Shown here: one piece after another, positions 39,660 to 49,984 of the stretch | How the letters are laid out: each line of letters opens with the position of its first letter | How positions within the stretch are numbered: position 1 is the stretch's first letter | NCBI GenBank assembly: GCA_049515895.1 | Contig: JBEKTQ010000007.1 | Span: 125,164 to 189,163 of the forward strand | Length of the DNA stretch: 64,000 bases | Direction: 5' to 3' | DNA from: Candidatus Bathyarchaeia archaeon | GTDB taxonomy: Archaea > Thermoproteota > Bathyarchaeia > Bathyarchaeales > Bathycorpusculaceae | Translations under genes and position numbers: made by a program | The notes under the pieces: generated by a model | Seen by the model: the letters and a program-made list of their open reading frames with translations, nothing else | Databases searched by the model: none | What the model was told of the DNA's origin: nothing

Positions 39660-40703
39660 TCAGGACTCCGAGTTTTCAGATAGCATTCGATCTGCTAACT
39701 TATGTCTTATATCTAAGAGGTCTCTTAAAACTGCACTGGCAGTCTCCATACCACCAGCACCCTTACCGATAATTGTTTCCTCACCAGCATATTCCGTGTA
39801 AAAAGTCACAGCGTTAAGAACTCCGCTGACGCACAACGGGCTGTTTTTCGCTATTTCCATGGGTTTGACAGTTGACCCGTTGTGGTCAATTGACCCTAAG
39901 AGCTTAATTGTGTTTCCTCTCTTTGAAGCTTCATCAAGCGCTTCCAACGAAACCTTACGGATGCCCGTAATCTCGACATCCTTTAAGGTTATTTTCTTGT
40001 TCAATATCCAGTTTGCCAGAATGACAACTTTGCAGGCTGCGTCGAATCCGTCAACATCCATGGACGGCTCCCGCTCCGCGTAGCCCAGCTTCTGAGCGTT
40101 TGCCAGCGCCTCTTGGAAGGTAACACGGTTTTGAGCCATTTCAGTCAGTATGTAGTTTGTTGTTCCGTTCAGTATTCCTTTTATGGCTAAGATTTTGTCT
40201 CCGGCTAAACAGCGCTTAGCGAACTCAAGGACTGGTGTTCCACCGCCGACGGTTCCGCTGAATCGGAGGCAAACATTGTTGTATTCTGCTAGTTCTGTGA
40301 GGGCGGGCATTGCTAAGGCTAATGGTCCCTTGTTGGTTGTGACAACATGTTTTCCTGTTTGGAAGGCTTTTGTTATGTGCGACAGGGCTGGTTCAGCGTT
40401 TTTGATATTAACGGGCGTTACCTCAACAACCACTTCTGCCTCAACAGACTCGATAACATCTGACACTGACATTCCAGGGTGACCAAACTCGGGGTCTTTA
40501 GAGATTGGAAATCCCCTTTGCCTAATCTCCCCCAATTTTTCGGGGCTTAAACCTCTTGGGTTTATGACGGCTCCGTCTATGTCAGCTATGGCGACGATTT
40601 TTGGGTTAAACCCGTAATCCTTAACTTTTTCTAGGGATCTGTTCGCAAGAATAGTTGTTACGCTTTTCCCAACTACTCCGAAGCCAACTAAGATTATCCT
40701 CAT
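39660..40703 (-). CDS. hom: Homoserine dehydrogenase
   Basis: GFGVVG, TTNKG, GGGTP, GILNGTTN and GYAE..DVDG.DAA.K motifs. Confidence 0.94.
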   Translation of the reverse strand: MRIILVGFGVVGKSVTTILANRSLEKVKDYGFNPKIVAIADIDGAVINPRGLSPEKLGEIRQRGFPISKDPEFGHPGMSVSDVIESVEAEVVVEVTPVNIKNAEPALSHITKAFQTGKHVVTTNKGPLALAMPALTELAEYNNVCLRFSGTVGGGTPVLEFAKRCLAGDKILAIKGILNGTTNYILTEMAQNRVTFQEALANAQKLGYAEREPSMDVDGFDAACKVVILANWILNKKITLKDVEITGIRKVSLEALDEASKRGNTIKLLGSIDHNGSTVKPMEIAKNSPLCVSGVLNAVTFYTEYAGEETIIGKGAGGMETASAVLRDLLDIRHKLADRMLSENSES

Positions 40704-40710
40704 TTTTTGT

Positions 40711-41961
40711 TCACCTAGCCAGAATCACTTTTTGCTGTTTTAACCCCAGAGCATGCTCAATAGCCAACATATCAGCGTCGACTTCAACCGGTTTTTCGCA
40801 TTGCTTTATCGCGGTGTCGGGGTCTTTTAATCCATGTCCAGTGGTAATACAGACAACCCGTTCGTCTTTACCTATGACGCCACTTTTAACCAGCTTCTTT
40901 AACCCTGCGATTGACGAGGCACTTGCAGGCTCTACAAAGATCCCTTCAATTCTAGCCAACATTTTCTGTGCATCCAAGATTTCGTCGTCGGTAACGGTTT
41001 CGGCGGTGCCGTGGGATTCGTGGATGGCGTTAATGGCTTTTTTCCAGCTAACTGGAGCACCAATTCGGATGGCAGTGGCGACTGTTTCCGGATGTTCAAC
41101 AGGAATGATTTTGTCGCTGTTGGTTTTGATTGCTTGTGCTATGGGCGCCGAACCAGTTGCTTGAATTCCGGTCATTTTTGGCAATTTTTTTATGAATCCA
41201 AGTTTGTAGAATTCAGTCAAGCCTTTCCAGACAGCACTTATGTTCCCAGCGTTGCCGACGGGTATGATAATTCTATCGGGGGCATCATTGTTCAGCTGCT
41301 CACAGATTTCGTAGCCCAATGATTTTTGTCCTTCAATACGGAACGGGTTAATTGAATTAAGCAGGTAAATGTTCTTATGTTTCTCGGCCAACTTCAAGAC
41401 GAATTCTAGGGATTGGTCGAAGTTCCCCCGTACTTGCAAGACTTTCGCGCCGTGAATCATAGCCTGCGCCAATTTACCATAAGCAATCTTGCCCGACGGA
41501 ATCAGAACAGTACACTTTAATCCTGCCCTTGCAGCGTAAGCCGCTAAACTTGCGCTAGTATTCCCAGTTGAAGCGCAAATTACGTGCCTGGCTCCAAGCT
41601 CGACGGCTTTTGTCACGCCGACTGTCATGCCCCGATCTTTGAAGCTGCCCGTTGGGTTCTCGCCTTCATTCTTGACGTATACTTCCTTCAGCCCTACTTC
41701 GTCGCCTAAGCGTGAAGAACGATGCAAGCCAGTCCCACCTTCATTAAGAGTAACAACGTGCGCAGTTTCATGAATGGGCATGAAGTCGCGGTACCGCCAA
41801 ACAGAAAGTGACTTTGTTTTCCAGTCGCTGCCTTTGAGAGTTTGAGCTAGCTCTTTAAAGTCAAATTTTATTTCTAGGATATCTCCACATTTCCTACAGA
41901 AGTAAACGATATCGTCAATGTCATATTTTGTTTTGCAGTTAATGCATTCTTGGTGTACCAT
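40711..41961 (-). CDS. thrC: Threonine synthase
   Basis: N-terminal Zn ribbon, NPTGSFKDRG, ASTGNT, PVGNAGN and TGHGLKD motifs. Confidence 0.94.
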   Translation of the reverse strand: MVHQECINCKTKYDIDDIVYFCRKCGDILEIKFDFKELAQTLKGSDWKTKSLSVWRYRDFMPIHETAHVVTLNEGGTGLHRSSRLGDEVGLKEVYVKNEGENPTGSFKDRGMTVGVTKAVELGARHVICASTGNTSASLAAYAARAGLKCTVLIPSGKIAYGKLAQAMIHGAKVLQVRGNFDQSLEFVLKLAEKHKNIYLLNSINPFRIEGQKSLGYEICEQLNNDAPDRIIIPVGNAGNISAVWKGLTEFYKLGFIKKLPKMTGIQATGSAPIAQAIKTNSDKIIPVEHPETVATAIRIGAPVSWKKAINAIHESHGTAETVTDDEILDAQKMLARIEGIFVEPASASSIAGLKKLVKSGVIGKDERVVCITTGHGLKDPDTAIKQCEKPVEVDADMLAIEHALGLKQQKVILAR

Positions 41962-42066
41962 GTTTTTAGCCTCTCCTTTAGATGAGCCCCTTAGCTAAGT
42001 GAGGCAATGAAGGCTGCTGCTGAACTATCTGTTTAGGCATTATTAATTTTGTCGTTTGCATTGCCA

Positions 42067-42645
42067 TTAGCCCACCAGATTGGATAAAGTTTCATAAACT
42101 TTCAAGCTGTCTTTTTTCTCGATGACAATGATGGTTTCCGTCCAGCAAGAAATGAACTCAACTATGTTCACGCTTTGCTCCGCCAAAAGTGTTGCTATGA
42201 AAGCGACAACTCCTGGAGTCGCCTCCAGCTCTTCAGGCGAGTGCACAACAATCATTGTGCAATTGTCATGCTTCATAAGGACGTTTATGCGTTCAGGTAA
42301 ATCGCTTCTGTCAAGCAGATAAACGAATTTATCGAGCAAATCCACTTTCATGCCAGTTTTCGAATTAACTTCTTTGCCAGTTATTATGACGGATTTACGA
42401 TCATAAACCGCAATGCTGCTGCGCTTAAGAAGGTGAAGAACTTTTTCTTCCCTTTTCTGCTTGTGTTTCTGCAGTTCCTCCGAGTAACGGCGGAGAGCAG
42501 CTTTTATTGCGCTTGGATCTTTAGTTTTTAATTCTTTCTGTATTTGCCTTGCCAACTCGCTGAGATTCACAATACCTTTTTCCAAGGCTTCAAGTAAGTA
42601 CGGCTTATTTCTCAGATAATTCCTAACGCTTTGAGCTACACTCAT
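42067..42645 (-). CDS. ACT-domain protein with N-terminal HTH-like region (putative amino-acid-sensing regulator)
   Basis: GIVNLSELARQI...AIKAALRR HTH-like segment; C-terminal TPGVV..NIVEFISC ACT motif. Confidence 0.75.
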   Translation of the reverse strand: MSVAQSVRNYLRNKPYLLEALEKGIVNLSELARQIQKELKTKDPSAIKAALRRYSEELQKHKQKREEKVLHLLKRSSIAVYDRKSVIITGKEVNSKTGMKVDLLDKFVYLLDRSDLPERINVLMKHDNCTMIVVHSPEELEATPGVVAFIATLLAEQSVNIVEFISCWTETIIVIEKKDSLKVYETLSNLVG

Positions 42646-42679
42646 GTTACTCCAAGATGTATCAAATGGGACATTTAAA

Positions 42680-42714
42680 TTTTGTTAAGTAACAAAAAAG
42701 TCACAAGGTTTAAG
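42680..42714 (+). promoter_or_regulatory. argG promoter/operator GTAACAAAAAAGTCACAAGGTTTAAG with overlapping palindrome TTTTGTTA-AG-TAACAAAA
   Basis: 22/26 identity to the lysW upstream motif with identical spacing to the TATA box. Confidence 0.65.
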
Positions 42715-42755
42715 AAGACAGGGTTCAAGGTTAGGGAAATAGTTCAAGCAAAAAA

Positions 42756-44000
42756 ATGGGGGAACAAAAAATAGCCGAAAAGATAGTGTTAGCGTACTCA
42801 GGCGGATTAGACACATCTGTGCTGATCAAGTATCTCCAAGAGAAATACAACGCCCAAGTGATAACTGTAACCGTTGATGTTGGCCAACAAGAAGATTTGA
42901 AAGCCGCTGAGGAGAAAGCCAAAAAACTCGGGGTTCTAAAGCATTTTTCAATCGATGCGAAAGACGAGTTCGCGAAGAACTATATTTTCCCAGCGATAAA
43001 AGCAAATGCCCTCTATGAGGGGAAGTACCCGATAAGCACAAGCCTCTCGCGACCTCTCATAGCAGCAAAGATGGTTGAAGTAGCTGAAAAAGAGGGCGCA
43101 ACAGCTTTAGCTCACGGATGTACTGGAAGAGGAAACGACCAAGTACGCTTCGACGTCACACTTGGATCCTTAGCACCTGACAAAAAAATTATTGCACCAG
43201 TGCGGGAATGGGGAATGACCCGCGAGGAAGAGATAGACTACGCAAAAGCAAGGGGCATCCCCGTCTCCAATGCAGCCAAAAAGTACAGCATAGATGCAAG
43301 CGTCTGGGGGAGAGCAATCGAATGTGGTCTGCTGGAAGATGCAAGTCAAGAACCCCCTGAAGATGCCTACGAATGGACTACTTCACCTGAAAAGGCTCCA
43401 AACAAGCCTGAACTTGTAACCTTAAAGTTTGAGGCTGGCGTGCCGGTAGCCGTCAACGACAAAAACATGAAGCCACTTGACATAGTTGAAGCAATGAATA
43501 AACTCGCAGGCAGAAATGGAGTGGGCCGAATAGACCACATCGAAGACCGCCTAGTCGGAATAAAATCAAGAGAAGTCTACGAGTGTCCGGCGGCAACTGT
43601 AATCCTGGAGGCTCATAAAGACCTTGAAAAAATGGTTATGACGCGACACCAAGTTCTCTTTAAGCAACAAATCGATGCAGAATGGGTATTCTTGGCCTAC
43701 GCTGGTTTATGGGTCGACCCATTAAAGGATGACCTTGACGCCTTCATAAACAAGTCGCAGGAAAACGTGACTGGGGACGTCAAACTCAAACTTTACAAGG
43801 GGAACATGCAAGTTATTGGGCGCTCCTCGGCGATGTCGCTCTACGACAAGAACCTGGCTAACTACAACATAAAAACCACTTTCAACCAGTCGTACTCCAA
43901 GGGCTTTATTGAACTGTGGGGGCTCCAAACAAGAATGTACAATGCACTCAAAAAGACAAGCCAGAAAACAGCTGGGAAAACCAAGGAAGCCGAAAAGTAA
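42756..44000 (+). CDS. argG: Argininosuccinate synthase
   Basis: AYSGGLDTS, HGCTGRGNDQVRF and KSREVYE motifs. Confidence 0.96.
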   Translation: MGEQKIAEKIVLAYSGGLDTSVLIKYLQEKYNAQVITVTVDVGQQEDLKAAEEKAKKLGVLKHFSIDAKDEFAKNYIFPAIKANALYEGKYPISTSLSRPLIAAKMVEVAEKEGATALAHGCTGRGNDQVRFDVTLGSLAPDKKIIAPVREWGMTREEEIDYAKARGIPVSNAAKKYSIDASVWGRAIECGLLEDASQEPPEDAYEWTTSPEKAPNKPELVTLKFEAGVPVAVNDKNMKPLDIVEAMNKLAGRNGVGRIDHIEDRLVGIKSREVYECPAATVILEAHKDLEKMVMTRHQVLFKQQIDAEWVFLAYAGLWVDPLKDDLDAFINKSQENVTGDVKLKLYKGNMQVIGRSSAMSLYDKNLANYNIKTTFNQSYSKGFIELWGLQTRMYNALKKTSQKTAGKTKEAEK

Positions 44001-44025
44001 AAACAAAAAAACGGAGAGCTGCGAA

Positions 44026-45510
44026 GTGTCGAAGATACTGCATGGTGGAAGGTTGTCGTCGGTGCGTGAAGACGTAGCAAAGTTTACTTCTTCCCGAAAA
44101 GACGACGAACGCTTAGCCTCAGCCGTCGTCGACATCAACATAGCCCACGTTGTAATGTTAATGGAGCAGAAAATAATTCAGCCGCAAGATGGATCCAAAA
44201 TCCTCAAAGTCCTCCAGAAACTGTCGAATGTTCCAATGGACCCTGCAGCCGAGGATGTCCACATGGCAGTTGAAGAAGCCGTCCTCAAGGAGACAGGGCC
44301 AGAAGTCGGTGGAAACCTTCACATCGCAAAAAGTAGAAACGACCAAGTCACAACAGCCATTCGCATGACGCTTCGAAACGAACTTGTCGCACTTATGCTT
44401 CAGCTGCTTCAGGTGCAGGAAAACCTCTTGGAAACCGCAGGTAAAAATGTCGATACGGTTATTCTGGAGTACACTCACCTGCAGGCGGCGCAGCCCGTCA
44501 CTTTTGCCCATTATCTATTGTCATACGTGCAAGCCTTAGAACGCGACTTGAATCGGCTTAGAGGAGCTTATGAACGGGTTAATGAATGTCCTCTTGGAGC
44601 TGGGGCGTTGGCGACGACAAGTTTTCCAATAGATCGGGTTAGAACCGCTTGCCTCTTAGGCTTCGATTCAGTGCTGGAGAATTCGATAGATGCTGTTGGC
44701 AGCCGAGATTTCATCCTTGAAACCCAGTCCGCACTTACTTTGCTTGCTGTGAACTTGAGCCGTTTGGCTGAGGATTTGATCATTTGGAGTTCACAGGAAT
44801 TCGGCACGGTTGAGTTGCCTGATGAATTCACCTCTACAAGTAGTATTATGCCGCAGAAGAAGAATCCGGAGGTTCTTGAAGTAATCCGTGCAAGAGCCAG
44901 TTACGCACTTGGCGATTTCGTAGCTTCAGCCGCTGCCCTAAAAAGCCTGCCGACAGTGTATAACCTTGATTTTCAAGAGGTAACGCCGAAACTTTGGGCT
45001 TCCATAACCAACCTCTCTGGTTCACTTGCCATATTCACGGCGCTTATCCCGAACTTGAAAGTGTCGTCAAACATTGAAAACAAGGCGGCGGTTTCCTTCG
45101 CGGGCGCAACTGAACTTGCCAACATGCTTGTAATGAAATACAATGTGGCATTTCGAACATCGCATAAGATAGTGGGTGCTCTTGTCAAATCGCTGGCAGA
45201 ATCAAAGAAGACTTTGCTTGATGCAACCCCTGAACTTTTTCAGGCAATAGCTAAGGAAGCCGCAGGCGTGAATCTATTAGTTAAAATAGAAGACATGGTC
45301 GGTTGCACAAATCCACGCAAAATAGTCGAAACCTACATAGTACTAGGGGGACCCTCAGGCGTCGAGGTTGAAAAGGCCATAAAAACAAACAAGAAAAACA
45401 TAGCAGAAACCAAAAACAACATAGTTAAACTTAAAAACAACCTTGCAGAAGCACAAAGGAACCTTTACAGCGTCGCGGAATCATGCTCCAAACAAGCAGT
45501 CCGTGCCTGA
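44026..45510 (+). CDS. argH: Argininosuccinate lyase
   Basis: EDVH, SRNDQ, YTHLQ.AQP and SSIMPQKKNP motifs. Start reset to GTG 44026 (GGAG upstream). Confidence 0.94.
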   Translation: MSKILHGGRLSSVREDVAKFTSSRKDDERLASAVVDINIAHVVMLMEQKIIQPQDGSKILKVLQKLSNVPMDPAAEDVHMAVEEAVLKETGPEVGGNLHIAKSRNDQVTTAIRMTLRNELVALMLQLLQVQENLLETAGKNVDTVILEYTHLQAAQPVTFAHYLLSYVQALERDLNRLRGAYERVNECPLGAGALATTSFPIDRVRTACLLGFDSVLENSIDAVGSRDFILETQSALTLLAVNLSRLAEDLIIWSSQEFGTVELPDEFTSTSSIMPQKKNPEVLEVIRARASYALGDFVASAAALKSLPTVYNLDFQEVTPKLWASITNLSGSLAIFTALIPNLKVSSNIENKAAVSFAGATELANMLVMKYNVAFRTSHKIVGALVKSLAESKKTLLDATPELFQAIAKEAAGVNLLVKIEDMVGCTNPRKIVETYIVLGGPSGVEVEKAIKTNKKNIAETKNNIVKLKNNLAEAQRNLYSVAESCSKQAVRA

Positions 45511-45542
45511 AAACATAAGATTTAAAAATCCAAACTTATAGG

Positions 45543-46700
45543 TTGAATAGGGCTTTGGTCCCACAACATCGCACGTCCGAAAAAAGTAAAAAAGCGATTC
45601 TGCTTCTTGAAGACGGAACGTCTTTTGTCGGCAACGGTTTTGGAGCAACAGGAAAAATCTCAGGCGAAGTAGTTTTCTCAACCCAAATGGTCGGCTATCC
45701 TGAAGCGTTGACTGACCCTTCGTATAAAGGTCAAGTTCTGACCCTGACTTACCCGCTTATAGGTAACTATGGTGTACCATCAAAAGAGCTGAACTTTGGT
45801 CTGCCGCTCTACTTTGAGTCAGAGCACATTCAAGTTCAAGGATTAGTTATTCACGAGTTGTGTCATGAACCTTTCCACTGGGCTTCAACAAGAACCCTGG
45901 ACAAGTGGCTATTGGACGAGGGCGTCCCAGGAATATACGGTGTAGACACGCGCCGTCTGACAAAGAAGCTTAGAACCCACGGTGTTATGCTTGGGGTCCT
46001 GCAGGTTTTCGATGCAGGCGAAAAGCCGGATATGGCGTCAGTTATAGGGGATGGGAAGAACATTGTTGACCCTAACTTGACGGACTTGGTTAAGGAAGTG
46101 TCCGTGAAGCAGCCCGTTGAATACAGTGTAGACGGGAAAAAAACCGTTGTCTTAATCGATTGTGGTGTAAAATACAGCATTATCCGCAACCTGCTTAAAC
46201 GGGGCATAAACGTTGTACGCGTTCCTTATGACACTTCAGCCAGCGAAGTTTTAGCTTACGACCCTGACGGCGTCTTCCTCAGCAACGGTCCAGGCGACCC
46301 CAAAAAATGCGTGAAAACAATCGACTGCATTCGCGAAGTGGTTGATAAGGTTCCTTTCATGGGGATCTGCCTTGGCGCGCAAATCTTAGCGTTGGCAATG
46401 GGTGGAGATACATACAAGTTGAAGTTTGGTCACCGCGCCCAGAACCAGCCCGCTCTAGATTTGAGTAGTCAACGGTGCTACATAACAACTCAGAATCACG
46501 GTTACGCAGTGGACATAGAATCCCTCAAGAAAACCCCTCTTGAAACTTGGTTCATCAACCCAAACGACAAAACAACTGAAGGCATCAAACATAAGAACAA
46601 ACCTGTTTTCGCCGTTCAGTGGCACCCTGAAGCTTCGCCGGGACCATACGATACGGAGCTGCTGTTTGACAAATTTGCGAAGACGTTGGAGGCACCGTAG
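45543..46700 (+). CDS. carA: Carbamoyl-phosphate synthase small subunit
   Basis: LTDPSY.GQ, SNGPGDP, GICLG, QNHGY and HPEASPGP motifs. Confidence 0.96.
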   Translation: MNRALVPQHRTSEKSKKAILLLEDGTSFVGNGFGATGKISGEVVFSTQMVGYPEALTDPSYKGQVLTLTYPLIGNYGVPSKELNFGLPLYFESEHIQVQGLVIHELCHEPFHWASTRTLDKWLLDEGVPGIYGVDTRRLTKKLRTHGVMLGVLQVFDAGEKPDMASVIGDGKNIVDPNLTDLVKEVSVKQPVEYSVDGKKTVVLIDCGVKYSIIRNLLKRGINVVRVPYDTSASEVLAYDPDGVFLSNGPGDPKKCVKTIDCIREVVDKVPFMGICLGAQILALAMGGDTYKLKFGHRAQNQPALDLSSQRCYITTQNHGYAVDIESLKKTPLETWFINPNDKTTEGIKHKNKPVFAVQWHPEASPGPYDTELLFDKFAKTLEAP

Positions 46701-49700
46701 ATGCCAAAGTTTGACTGGATAAAAAAAGTGTTGGTTCTCGGAAGCGGCGCCATAAAAATTGGTGAAGCAGCCGAATTCGACTACTCGGGAAGCCAGTGCC
46801 TCAAGGCTCTGAAAGAGGAAGGTATAGAAACCGTTCTTGTTAACCCTAACATAGCGACTATTCAGACTGACCCGCGGCTGTCGGGAAAAGTTTACCTTTT
46901 GCCCGTTACGCCTGAATACGTTGAGAAAGTTATAGAGAAAGAGCGCCCAGACGGCATCCTGCTGGGTTTCGGCGGACAAACCGCTTTGAACTGCGGCGTC
47001 GAGCTTGACAAAAAAGGTATTTTGCAGAAATACAATGTTAAAGTTTTAGGCACGCCTATCCACTCGATTGAAGATACAGGCGACCGTGAACGATTCCGCC
47101 AAGCGATGCTTAAAGCAAATGTTCCGCCCCTGAACAGCAAGTCAGCTACGAGCGTTAAGCAAGCGTTGGAAGTAGCTGATGAGATCGGTTATCCAGTCAT
47201 CGTCCGAGTCGCTTACACTCTTGGCGGCAAAGGCGCAGGCGTAGCCCGCACACCCGAGGCGCTTAAAGAAACAGCCACCCGTGGTTTGGCCCAGAGCAGA
47301 ATCAGCCAGATACTTATCGAAGAGTACGTTGGGCACTGGAAGGAAGTCGAGTACGAGGTTATGCGCGACTACGCAGACAACTGCTTAACAGTTTGTAATA
47401 TGGAGAACTTTGACCCGATGGGCGTCCACACGGGCGACTCGATAGTTGTTGCGCCGTCACAGACCATGACTAACCGCGAGTACCACCTTATCCGCTCCAC
47501 ATCCATAAGCGCCATACGTGCCCTAGGAATCGTTGGCGAATGCAACATACAATGGGCTTTACACCCAAAATCAGAAGAGTACCGAGTAATCGAAGTCAAC
47601 TCCCGCATGTCCCGAAGCAGCGCACTTGCAAGCAAAGTCACAGGCTACCCCCTAGCCTACATAGCTACGAAATTAACGTTGGGCTACCTGCTGCCGGAAC
47701 TCATCAACAAAGTGACGGAGGTCACAACGGCATGCTTTGAACCAGCCTTGGATTATATCACCGTGAAGATTCCGCGTTGGGACCTTCAGAAATTCAAGAA
47801 CGCTGACCGCCATGTTGGTCCTCAAATGCGTTCTGTGGGCGAGGTGATGGCTATCGGCCGCTGCTTTGAAGAGGCTCTGCAGAAAGCGGTGCGCATGCTG
47901 GACACGGGCAAGATAGGCTTAGTTTGTAACCCTGAAGATTGTGAGCCTGAAAGTGAAGCGCGGATACGTGACGCAGTCGAGAACCCCACAGACGAGCGGC
48001 TCTATAAGATTGTTAAAGCCTTGAAAACGGGCATTTCGGTCGCTGAAATTTATCGTTTAAGCGGTGTTGACCCCTTTTTCCTCTACAAGATCCAAAACAT
48101 CGTAGACATGGAGTCGGAGTTGCGGCAGCTAAACCTGGCTGAGGATTCTGCTGCCGAAGTCGTCCGTGAAGCCAAACGGCTGGGTTTCTCTGACGAGCAA
48201 ATAGCCCAGTGCCAGAAGACCGATGAATCCACAATCCGATCCTTTAGGAAAAGCGCGAATATAATTCCGGTTATCAAGCAGATCGACACGTTGGCGGCTG
48301 AGTGGCCCGCGAAAACAAATTACCTCTACCTTACTTATGGCGGAGATGAAGATGACATCGAACTGAAAAGCGGAATTAGCAAGGTCATCGTGCTCGGCGC
48401 AGGCGTCTTCAGGATAGGGTCAAGCGTTGAGTTCGACTGGTGTGGAGTCAACACGATTTGGGCGCTCAAGAAGAACGGGATCCAAGAGGCAATAATGGTC
48501 AACTACAACCCTGAAACCGTCTCCACCGACTACGACGTCTCCGACAAACTCTACTTCGAAGAACTCACAACTGAGCGTATTCTGGATATCTACGAGAAAG
48601 AGAACCCGATGGGCGTCATCACCAGCGTCGGCGGCCAGATCCCGAACAACCTGGCGATGGGGCTTTCCGAGCGAGGTGTTCAGTTGCTGGGTACCTCGGC
48701 TGAGAACGTGGATTTAGCTGAGGACCGTTCAAAATTCAGTGCGCTTCTTGATCAACTTGAAATTTGTCAGCCCGGCTGGAGCAAACTCCTCTCTGTCGGC
48801 GAGGCTAAGCGGTTTGCAGAGAAAATCGGCTACCCGGTTCTTGTGCGTCCCAGCTACGTGTTGTCGGGTTCAGCGATGCGTGTGGCTTATAATGAGACCT
48901 CGCTTGAGAACTTTTTGAAGTTGGCGGCGAAGGTTTCGCGTGACCACCCCGTTGTGATCAGCAAGTTCATCGACCACGCGAAGGAGGTTGAGGTGGACGG
49001 GGTTTCGGACGGAGAAAACGTGTTGATCGGTGCCATAATGGAGCATGTGGAGTACGCTGGCGTCCATAGCGGCGACGCAACCATGACCATTCCCCCTCAG
49101 GCTTTGAAGGTTGAGGTTCAGCAGAACATCGCGAACTGCACGGAACGAATAGTTAAAGCGCTGAAGATCCATGGACCCTACAACATCCAGTACCTCGTCA
49201 AAGACGACGTCGTCAACGTGATTGAATGTAACCTTCGGGCGTCCCGTTCGATGCCGTTTGTCAGCAAGACAAGGGGAATAAACCTGATTGAGCTGGCGAC
49301 TTTGGCGATGCTGGGCAAAAAGATCGATGGGTTCAAGCTGTCGCCTATGACCACGGCGAATCATGTAGGCGTGAAGGTTCCACAGTTCAGTTTCATGCGT
49401 CTTAGCGGCGCTGACCCCGTTTTAGGCGTTGAAATGCTCAGCACAGGCGAGGTCGCGTGTTTAGGTGAGAACTTCTCGGATGCGTTCTCAAAGGCGCTGC
49501 GTTCAGCGGAGTTCAGCATTCCAGACAGAGACGGCTCGGTCTTCATCAGTGTCGGAGGCGATATTGAGCGCAAGAGACGGGTTGTGCCGATTGCGCAAGC
49601 TTTTGTTGACATGGGCTTTAAGATCTACGCGACGGATCACACTGCTGAAGTGCTTAACGCTTCGGGGGTTGTTGCTGTGAAGCTCTTTAAGGTGAAGGAG

Positions 49701-49976
49701 GCTGGGGCTTCGCCTAACGTTATGGATTACTTGCAGGAACGCAAAATCGACCTGGTAATCAATGTGCCCATGGCTAACAAGCAGACCAACTACTCCGACA
49801 TCCTCACCGACGGCTATATCATACGGCGTCAGGCAGTAGAATTTAACGTGCCCGTCATCACCAACCTGCAACTAGCCGCCGCCCTCGTAGACGTGCTCAA
49901 GCACAAAAGCAAAAACGGCAACTCCATCCGCTCCCTCAACGAGTACATGGACGACCTCCCCTGGAAAATGTGGTAG
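46701..49976 (+). CDS. carB: Carbamoyl-phosphate synthase large subunit
   Basis: AEFDYSG, GVHTGDS, SRSSALASK, NPETVSTDYD and RPSYVLSG motifs; MGS domain. Confidence 0.97.
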   Translation: MPKFDWIKKVLVLGSGAIKIGEAAEFDYSGSQCLKALKEEGIETVLVNPNIATIQTDPRLSGKVYLLPVTPEYVEKVIEKERPDGILLGFGGQTALNCGVELDKKGILQKYNVKVLGTPIHSIEDTGDRERFRQAMLKANVPPLNSKSATSVKQALEVADEIGYPVIVRVAYTLGGKGAGVARTPEALKETATRGLAQSRISQILIEEYVGHWKEVEYEVMRDYADNCLTVCNMENFDPMGVHTGDSIVVAPSQTMTNREYHLIRSTSISAIRALGIVGECNIQWALHPKSEEYRVIEVNSRMSRSSALASKVTGYPLAYIATKLTLGYLLPELINKVTEVTTACFEPALDYITVKIPRWDLQKFKNADRHVGPQMRSVGEVMAIGRCFEEALQKAVRMLDTGKIGLVCNPEDCEPESEARIRDAVENPTDERLYKIVKALKTGISVAEIYRLSGVDPFFLYKIQNIVDMESELRQLNLAEDSAAEVVREAKRLGFSDEQIAQCQKTDESTIRSFRKSANIIPVIKQIDTLAAEWPAKTNYLYLTYGGDEDDIELKSGISKVIVLGAGVFRIGSSVEFDWCGVNTIWALKKNGIQEAIMVNYNPETVSTDYDVSDKLYFEELTTERILDIYEKENPMGVITSVGGQIPNNLAMGLSERGVQLLGTSAENVDLAEDRSKFSALLDQLEICQPGWSKLLSVGEAKRFAEKIGYPVLVRPSYVLSGSAMRVAYNETSLENFLKLAAKVSRDHPVVISKFIDHAKEVEVDGVSDGENVLIGAIMEHVEYAGVHSGDATMTIPPQALKVEVQQNIANCTERIVKALKIHGPYNIQYLVKDDVVNVIECNLRASRSMPFVSKTRGINLIELATLAMLGKKIDGFKLSPMTTANHVGVKVPQFSFMRLSGADPVLGVEMLSTGEVACLGENFSDAFSKALRSAEFSIPDRDGSVFISVGGDIERKRRVVPIAQAFVDMGFKIYATDHTAEVLNASGVVAVKLFKVKEAGASPNVMDYLQERKIDLVINVPMANKQTNYSDILTDGYIIRRQAVEFNVPVITNLQLAAALVDVLKHKSKNGNSIRSLNEYMDDLPWKMW

Positions 49977-49984
49977 CTCGAGCG

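Noticed and set aside
41978-42040. uORF MPKQIVQQQPSLPHLAKGLI before thrC
   Set aside because: No Thr or Met control codons, and the start abuts the likely TATA box.
43909-44025. Extended N-terminus of argH
   Set aside because: Overlaps argG; the RBS and homology start at GTG 44026.
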